NCBI GenBank assembly: GCA_039714495.1 | Contig: JBDLJD010000003.1 | Location: 1-60,915, forward strand | DNA length: 60,915 bases | Direction of reading: 5' to 3' | DNA from: Thermodesulfobacteriota bacterium | GTDB lineage: Bacteria; Desulfobacterota; Desulfobacteria; Desulfobacterales; B30-G6 | Part shown: piece by piece, positions 55,394 to 60,915 of the stretch | Position numbering within the stretch: the first letter of the stretch is position 1 | How the letters are laid out: every line of letters begins with the position of its first letter | The notes under the pieces: generated by a model | The model's input: only the letters and a program-made list of their open reading frames with translations | Databases searched by the model: none | What the model was told of the DNA's origin: nothing | Position numbers and translations under genes: made by a program

Positions 55394-56296
55394 ATGTTTA
55401 AGAAAATATTGTTCGCCACATCCGCGACAGAAGCGAGTGACCACGCGGCACGGGTAGCATTCAACATGGCCCGTAACTATAAGGCGCACCTTTCCATTTT
55501 TCATGTGCTGGGAGTTCCCACGCGCGGGTTCAGCCAGGTGGTGCTGGACGTCAAGACCAAGCAGGAGGTGGTGCTGGACGACGAATATGTGGCCTGGGTC
55601 GAAGAGGAGGTCAAAACGCACTACGCCAAGCAGCTCGAAACGGCAGACGATTACGACATCAAGGTCGCCATCGGGTTTCCGCACCGTGAAATCCTGCGGG
55701 AAGCCCGGCAGCATAAACCCGATCTGATCGTGCTGGGCGGCACCACCGGGGACCCGGAGGACTCTGTTTACAAGAAAGGCATGGTCGGTTCGACGCTGCA
55801 GCGGGTGGCCAAGGCGGCGCCCTGTCCTACGCTGGTGGTAAACCGGCCGGCTGCATCTTTCTGGGGCGGGATGTCCAACATCGTTTTCGGGGCTGATTTT
55901 TCAAAAGCGTCGGACAAGGCCTTTGACTTCACCGTCAAGCTGGCCAAGGCGCAGGGGTGTGAGGTGCACATATTCCACGCCCTGGACATCAGCGCGATGC
56001 ACATGGGGCGCATGCTGACCCAGGATGAAATTGAATCGGGAATCAGGAAGTCGCTGCGGCGCATTCGCGGCAGATATGTAGCCAAGATCAAAGACGATAT
56101 AAAGGACTACGGTTTTGATGTATGGGAAGGGGTGCCGTATGTTGAAATCGTGAAGTACGCCCGGGAAAAACATGCGGACTTGATCGTCATGGCCCACCAT
56201 ACCAGCCGGACATCCGATGAGGATAACCGGCTGGGCAGCAATATTGAACAGGTGATTGTCCGGGCAGGCTGTCCGGTTATAAGCGTAAACAAATAA
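55394..56296 (+). CDS. Tandem universal stress protein (UspA) domain protein
   Basis: Two Usp-like halves (MFKKILFATS..DLIVLGG ; NIVFGADFS..DLIVMAHH..GSNIEQVIVRAGCPV). Confidence 0.87.
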   Translation: MFKKILFATSATEASDHAARVAFNMARNYKAHLSIFHVLGVPTRGFSQVVLDVKTKQEVVLDDEYVAWVEEEVKTHYAKQLETADDYDIKVAIGFPHREILREARQHKPDLIVLGGTTGDPEDSVYKKGMVGSTLQRVAKAAPCPTLVVNRPAASFWGGMSNIVFGADFSKASDKAFDFTVKLAKAQGCEVHIFHALDISAMHMGRMLTQDEIESGIRKSLRRIRGRYVAKIKDDIKDYGFDVWEGVPYVEIVKYAREKHADLIVMAHHTSRTSDEDNRLGSNIEQVIVRAGCPVISVNK

Positions 56297-56412
56297 CCCC
56301 AAGGTTGCATAAACAACATGGTAAAAATAAGCTATCGGAATATCGACGACACAGCTCCTGTCCATTCACCGATAAGGGCAACCGGACCGGGAGAATCGAA
56401 AGAGAGGAACCA

Positions 56413-56760
56413 ATGAAAAAAATACTGATTGTCGATGATGACCCCAATATCGTTGACTACCTGGTCACATTTTTTGAAGACAATGGATATGCGACCTGCT
56501 CGGCCAACAACGCCCAGGATGGGTTTGAAGTTGCCAAAAAGGAAGTGCCGGACCTGATTACCCTGGACCTGGAAATGCCCGGAGAATGGGGACCCCGTCT
56601 GTATCGGAAAATAAGCGAGGAAAAAAGCCTGAAGAATATTCCAGTGGTCGTCATTACAGGGTTTTCCGGCAGTGAACATGCCATTGGAAAAGCGGTGGCC
56701 AGCCTGACCAAGCCGTTTGACCGGGATGAATTGCTGGCAATCGTCAAGGAATCTATCTAG
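56413..56760 (+). CDS. Stand-alone response regulator receiver (CheY-like)
   Basis: Start at MKKILIVDDDP after an AGAGAGG SD. It has a DLITLDLEMPGE phospho-acceptor region and a LTKPF motif. It occupies the position of rrf1 in the Desulfovibrio hmc locus. Confidence 0.87.
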   Translation: MKKILIVDDDPNIVDYLVTFFEDNGYATCSANNAQDGFEVAKKEVPDLITLDLEMPGEWGPRLYRKISEEKSLKNIPVVVITGFSGSEHAIGKAVASLTKPFDRDELLAIVKESI

Positions 56761-56783
56761 ATGGTCACAACGGGTAACGACAT

Positions 56784-58316
56784 ATGGCAACTGAGATACT
56801 GCTCATAGACAAGGACAACAGCCACGCCGATGCTTTGGGTGTTTACCTGGAGCGCCAGCAGTTCGAGGTGTACAAGGCCGGCAGTCCTGATGAGGCGATA
56901 ACTTTTTTCGACAATCTGAGTATGGATATCGTTCTGGCCGACCCGGGATTGCCGGACACGGACACCGCCCACCTGTTGAAGCAGATAAAGGGTTCGCACC
57001 CGGGCATTCAGCTCATTATCATGTGCACCGACGACAGCCTCGACCAGGCCATGGATCTGCTAAAGCAGGATGTGGTCCACTACCTGGTGAAGCCGGTGAA
57101 GAGCGCCGCCCTCGACCTTGCCCTGAAACAGGCGCGCACCTGGATTACCATGAACAAAAAGGTCCAGAGGTATGAAAAAAAATACAAAGACCTGCGCAAC
57201 GCCCAGACCCTTTATCAACAGCTTTTTGACGAGGTGCCCTGCTATATTTCAGTACAGGACCGTGAGTTCCGGCTTACAGCCACCAACCGGATGTTCAAAC
57301 GTGATTTTGGCGATGAAATCGGATCCTACTGCTACGAAGTGTACAAGCACAGGGGGTCCCCCTGCCGGAACTGTCCGGTGGCGGCGACCTTTGAAGACGG
57401 CCTGCCCCATCCCACGGAAGAGATCGTCACCTCGAAATCCGGCAAACATTACAATGTGTTGACCTGGACAGCCCCCATCCGGAACACGGAGGGTGAGGTT
57501 ACCCAGGTGATGGAGATGTCCACCAATATCACCCTCCTGCGGCAGCTCCAGGATCATCTGACATCCCTGGGCCTTATGATCGGCTCCATGTCCCATGGGG
57601 TCAAGGGGATGCTGACCGCCCTGGACGGTGGAATCTACCAGTTGGAGACAGGCCTGGCCCGCCAGGATGAAAAACGAACCGCTAAGGCTTTCGAGCAGGT
57701 GAAGCAGATGACGGGCCGGATCCGAAAGATGGTTCTGGAAATACTGTATTATGCCAAATCCCGGGAGCTCAGCTACAAATCCGTGGATATTTCCAGGATG
57801 GCTGAAAAGGTGTTCGGTGATGCCAAGGCCATTGCCGACAAGAACGGGGTGGTGCTGAAGGCCGATATTGCAGATGACCTGGGCCTCGTGGAAGTGGATA
57901 CCAACTGGATGCAGGCGGCACTGGTCAATTTCATGGAAAATGCCGTGGATGCCTGTACCTACGATCAAAGCAAACAGGACCATATCGTTGACTTCACGGT
58001 GTTTAACCAGGGCAATGACCGCATCTGCTTCATCATCGAGGACAACGGCATGGGCATGGAACGGGAAACACGGGAAAAAATGTTTACCCTTTTCTTTACC
58101 TCCAAAGGATCCCAGGGCACCGGTCTGGGGCTTTTTATCGCCAACCGGGTCATTCAACAGCATGGCGGTACCATCAAGGTTACATCCGAGCCCCAAAAGG
58201 GTACACGGTTCCAGATATGCCTGCCCCGGAAAAAGCCCGAAAACCCCGTAAGGGTGGACGATCCCGGGAAATGGGCCAATAACCTGATAGACAGCCCCGG
58301 CAAAGGCAAGTCATGA
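56784..58316 (+). CDS. Hybrid sensor histidine kinase (N-terminal receiver, PAS-like, HisKA, HATPase)
   Basis: Receiver ILLIDKD..DIVLADPGLPD..VKP. Cys-containing PAS-like segment. H-box SHGVKGML. ATPase boxes NFMENAVDA, DNGMGM and GTGLGLFI. Confidence 0.9.
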   Translation: MATEILLIDKDNSHADALGVYLERQQFEVYKAGSPDEAITFFDNLSMDIVLADPGLPDTDTAHLLKQIKGSHPGIQLIIMCTDDSLDQAMDLLKQDVVHYLVKPVKSAALDLALKQARTWITMNKKVQRYEKKYKDLRNAQTLYQQLFDEVPCYISVQDREFRLTATNRMFKRDFGDEIGSYCYEVYKHRGSPCRNCPVAATFEDGLPHPTEEIVTSKSGKHYNVLTWTAPIRNTEGEVTQVMEMSTNITLLRQLQDHLTSLGLMIGSMSHGVKGMLTALDGGIYQLETGLARQDEKRTAKAFEQVKQMTGRIRKMVLEILYYAKSRELSYKSVDISRMAEKVFGDAKAIADKNGVVLKADIADDLGLVEVDTNWMQAALVNFMENAVDACTYDQSKQDHIVDFTVFNQGNDRICFIIEDNGMGMERETREKMFTLFFTSKGSQGTGLGLFIANRVIQQHGGTIKVTSEPQKGTRFQICLPRKKPENPVRVDDPGKWANNLIDSPGKGKS

Positions 58317-58795
58317 GACTCACGACAAAAAGCAGATACGGTACGCGCCTTATTCTTGATCTGGCGGTCAATGCCCAGAAAGGGCCGGTCCCCCTGGGAG
58401 ATGTTTCCAGGCGCCAGAATATTTCGTTGAAATACCTGGAGCAGTTGATCCGCAAACTGAAGCTGGCCGGGTTGGTAAAAAGCCAGCGTGGGCCGTTCGG
58501 CGGACACATGCTGAACAAGGCTCCGGAGGAGATAACCATCGGGGAAATAGTGCGGACGCTCGAGGAAACCACGGCCATTACCGACTGCTCCGAAAGGGAT
58601 GAAAAACTGTGCGGTGTATGCAACAAGGCCGGGGACTGCCTCTCCCGCTGGGTCTGGATCGAGGCCAGCAACGCCATGTTTGCCCGCCTGGACGAGATAA
58701 CCATCGGCGGGCTGCTTGCAGGCAAACTGGGGCAGTTTGATCTGGAGGCGTCCGAAAAGGGGGACAGGGAAGCTGATAAGGCAAAGGACAAGTAA
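58313..58795 (+). CDS. Rrf2-family transcriptional regulator (Cys-containing, IscR-like)
   Basis: MRLTTKSRYGTRLILDLA winged-helix start and a Cys cluster CSERDEKLCGVCNKAGDC. The ATG overlaps the kinase stop. Its position equals that of rrf2 in the Desulfovibrio vulgaris hmc locus. Confidence 0.9.
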   Translation: MRLTTKSRYGTRLILDLAVNAQKGPVPLGDVSRRQNISLKYLEQLIRKLKLAGLVKSQRGPFGGHMLNKAPEEITIGEIVRTLEETTAITDCSERDEKLCGVCNKAGDCLSRWVWIEASNAMFARLDEITIGGLLAGKLGQFDLEASEKGDREADKAKDK

Positions 58796-59004
58796 GCCCT
58801 TGGCCCCTGGTATTCTCCAACTTTTTGGAGAAGAACCAAAAAAAAGGTCACCATCAACAACACTCAGGATAAATGGTGGCATATTCTAGCAGGAGATATC
58901 ATATCACCAAAGACCTGTCTGGATTCACTATCTACATACCTCAATAATCGATCATAATTTTGATGTTGACTATTTACAGTATATTTAGTATCTGCTTAAT
59001 AACA

Positions 59005-59098
59005 TTTAGATCGAAAGGGCAAATCCGTTGAAAGGCGGGGACGCAAAGCCACGGGTCTACAGTTTGCAAAAACTATGATAGCCGGGTTGCCGAAGTGA
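59005..59098 (+). promoter_or_regulatory. c-di-GMP-I (GEMM-I) riboswitch aptamer
   Basis: AAAGGGCAAAUCCGUUGAAAGGCGGGGACGCAAAGCCACGGG...AUAGCCGGGUUGCCGAAG reproduces the conserved GEMM-I cores (GGGCAAA, GNRA loop, GGGACGCAAAGCC, GGGUUGCCGA). It lies in a 5' leader. Confidence 0.85.
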
Positions 59099-59106
59099 CG
59101 TACTCC

Positions 59107-59139
59107 AGCCTTTGGGGATAAACTCCCGAAGGCTTTTTT
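59107..59139 (+). terminator. Intrinsic terminator forming the riboswitch expression platform
   Basis: AGCCUUUGGGG pairs with CUCCCGAAGGCU and is followed by a U-run (59135-59139). It sits between the aptamer and the SD/ATG at 59210. Confidence 0.7.
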
Positions 59140-59209
59140 ATGTGGCAACCAGGCCCCTACGTTGCAACATTGGGGAAGATCTATTCAAATCAAAGCGGAG
59201 GAGGTACGT

Positions 59210-60814
59210 ATGCGGAAGTTGAAAACGGTGTGTTCAGTTTTATTGATGGCGATCTTTCTGGTAACAATATCATGCGGTGGTGGCAGCAGTTCGTCAGAGA
59301 CTCCTATTACTGGCCTTGCGGTGGACGCCGGACCGGATCAGACTGTTGCTTTGGGCAACACCGTAACTCTTGACGGTAGCCGGAGCTCAGCCCTGGAAGG
59401 ACCGATAACCTATGCATGGTCTTTTGAATCAAAGCCCACCGGGAGCATAGCTGAGCTAGATGATCCTTCGGCAGAAAGCCCGGTATTCATAGCAGACGCT
59501 TCTGGCACATATGAACTGAGCCTTGTCATAAGTGACGGCGAACATTTCAGCGATCCTGATCATATCATCATCTCTGTAAAATCCTGGAAAGGCGCCAATT
59601 TAATTGAAGCAGAGGCAGGTGATGCCAGTGGAGGCAAGGTGGCTATTGCCGCAAACGGTGATGCATTCGCGGTCTGGGAACAGGATGATCGAATCTACGC
59701 CAATCGGTTTGATGCCGCGTCCGGCACATGGGATGGTGCCGAGCTGATCGATGCTGTAGATTTCACTCCCGAAGGACCCTATGTAGCGGTGGATCCAAAT
59801 GGAAACGCATTCGCAGTCTGGGCTCAATATGACGGAAAATCCAGGAATCTGTATGCCAACCGATATGATGCTGACACCGGTTCCTGGGAAGTCGCGCAGG
59901 AAATCGATGCTGGAGATTATAATGTCCGTGCCCCCCGTATTGCCGTCAATACGAGCGGATATGCCTTCGCGGTATGGTCAGAGTCGGACAGCTCCACTAC
60001 TAATGTCTGTGCCAGCCGCTTTGATGCCACCACTGGCACCTGGGGCAACGCCGAAAAACTCGAGTCACGAATCGAACCCGCCTATGATCCCCGGGTGGCT
60101 GTCGATGCAGACGGAAACGCGTTCGCAGTCTGGGATCAGTCTGATGGTGCCAACAAACGCATCTACGCCAACCGGTATGATAGCGCATCAGGCATGTGGG
60201 AGGGCGCCACAACGATCGATGGCGGGGGACATGATGCCGATTGGTCTCAGGTGGCTATGGATGCAGACGGAAATGCATTCACGGTATGGGTACAGGAGGA
60301 AGGCGTTTCCTATCGTATTTATGCCAACCAATATGATGCTGCTTCGGGTACCTGGGAGGGCGCGGAAGCAACCGGTGCGGAGGGTACTTACATTTCTGAA
60401 ATAGACTTGGCAATGGCTCCGAATGGAAACGTCTTCGTGGTCTGGAACCTGGCTGACAGCAGCATCTATGCTGACCGTTTTGATGCCGCAACTGGTACAT
60501 GGGATGGCACCAAGGCTATCGGAGTAGGAGGTGAAGACGCTTGGACACCAAATGTGGCGGTTGACGCAAAGGGAAATGCTATGGTGGTCTGGTATCAGTA
60601 TGACTTCTTTGATCCTGACTACTATGACAACATCTACGCTAACCGGTACTATGCCGTTTCAGGATCGTGGGATGGTGCCGAGTTGATCGATGCGGGAAAT
60701 CACCCTACGGATGAAGACCCTGCCATAGCTTTTGGTGCAGATGGAAATGCCATCGCAGTTTGGTCACAGGATGACGGAACGAATTATAGCATCTACGCCA
60801 ACAGATACGAGTAA
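59210..60814 (+). CDS. Lipoprotein with a PKD-like domain followed by ~8 tandem 45-55-aa repeats (beta-propeller-like)
   Basis: Start at MRKLKTVCSVLLMAIFLVTISCGGG (lipobox) after GGAGGAGG. The PKD-like segment is VDAGPDQTVALGNTVTLDGSRS..YAWSF..GTYELSLVISDG. Repeats follow the pattern G(N/D)AFAVW..D....IYANR(Y/F)D..(S/T)G(T/S)W. Confidence 0.85.
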   Translation: MRKLKTVCSVLLMAIFLVTISCGGGSSSSETPITGLAVDAGPDQTVALGNTVTLDGSRSSALEGPITYAWSFESKPTGSIAELDDPSAESPVFIADASGTYELSLVISDGEHFSDPDHIIISVKSWKGANLIEAEAGDASGGKVAIAANGDAFAVWEQDDRIYANRFDAASGTWDGAELIDAVDFTPEGPYVAVDPNGNAFAVWAQYDGKSRNLYANRYDADTGSWEVAQEIDAGDYNVRAPRIAVNTSGYAFAVWSESDSSTTNVCASRFDATTGTWGNAEKLESRIEPAYDPRVAVDADGNAFAVWDQSDGANKRIYANRYDSASGMWEGATTIDGGGHDADWSQVAMDADGNAFTVWVQEEGVSYRIYANQYDAASGTWEGAEATGAEGTYISEIDLAMAPNGNVFVVWNLADSSIYADRFDAATGTWDGTKAIGVGGEDAWTPNVAVDAKGNAMVVWYQYDFFDPDYYDNIYANRYYAVSGSWDGAELIDAGNHPTDEDPAIAFGADGNAIAVWSQDDGTNYSIYANRYE

Positions 60815-60840
60815 GGAATACGATAAACGGATACCTATCC

Positions 60841-60882
60841 TAATAAGCCATCGGGACGATTATAGATCCCGATGGCTTATTA
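60841..60882 (+). terminator. Strong hairpin after the lipoprotein gene
   Basis: TAATAAGCCATCGGGA (60841-60856) pairs with TCCCGATGGCTTATTA (60867-60882), a 16-bp perfect stem. There is only a weak T-tract. Confidence 0.5.
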
Positions 60883-60915
60883 CACATAATTGCCGATGTC
60901 CAACTTATTCCCAGG

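Noticed and set aside
50581-58882. Several long minus-strand ORFs across the hmc and regulator block (50581-51342, 52255-52890, 54187-55230, 57249-58196, 58154-58882)
   Set aside because: All are antisense to strongly supported plus-strand genes in GC-rich DNA. The compositionally biased translations have no family signatures.
59657-60811. A regular ~145-165-nt periodic repeat that could suggest a repeat array or CRISPR
   Set aside because: The periodicity lies entirely within one open reading frame and is conserved at the amino-acid level (protein repeats). There are no short identical direct repeats with unique spacers. No CRISPR array was seen anywhere in the window.

Overview
This 60.9-kb chromosomal window reads like a sulfate-reducing Desulfobacterota (Desulfobacterales-like) genome. 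That assignment is inferred from gene content only. By eye, the composition is strongly mosaic.
(i) 1-29.6 kb is a large catabolic supercluster for amino acids and probably N-methylated amines. It holds a URO-D-like methyltransferase, a non-pyrrolysine MttB corrinoid methyltransferase, and a polar amino-acid ABC importer. An 11-gene plus-strand operon follows: SelA-like PLP enzyme, DadA-like and GMC flavoproteins, aspartate-dehydrogenase-like protein, tungsten AOR, ThDP enzyme, MsbA-like exporter, aminotransferase, 2-oxoacid:ferredoxin oxidoreductase and an MBL hydrolase. The cluster ends with a PrpD-family gene and a proline-racemase plus HcnABC/LhpBEF-type heteromeric dehydrogenase module, which is interrupted by a group II intron relic. 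A ~300-bp bidirectional control region occurs twice, 18 kb apart.
(ii) 30-35.6 kb (minus strand) carries a thiolase, a TetR regulator, an Fe-S aldo-keto reductase and two exported NAPE-PLD-like MBL hydrolases.
(iii) 36-42.8 kb carries an orphan exported protein, a zinc-ribbon/TPR membrane protein paired with a rhomboid-TPR protease, and a sulfatase.
(iv) 43.1-48.6 kb is an AT-rich island bounded by ~235-nt diverged direct repeats. It holds gene debris, a GNAT-like gene, and a secreted S1 protease with acidic Cys repeats and a C-terminal knottin-like motif. It also holds a 186-bp MITE with perfect 25-bp TIRs and a 10-bp TSD.
(v) 48.8-58.8 kb is a complete hmcABCDEF locus (16-haem cytochrome complex) followed by a Usp protein, a response regulator, a hybrid kinase and an Rrf2 regulator.
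(vi) 59.0-60.8 kb is a c-di-GMP-I (GEMM-I) riboswitch with a terminator, controlling a lipoprotein with a PKD domain and 8 repeats.
No rRNA, tRNA or CRISPR array was seen.
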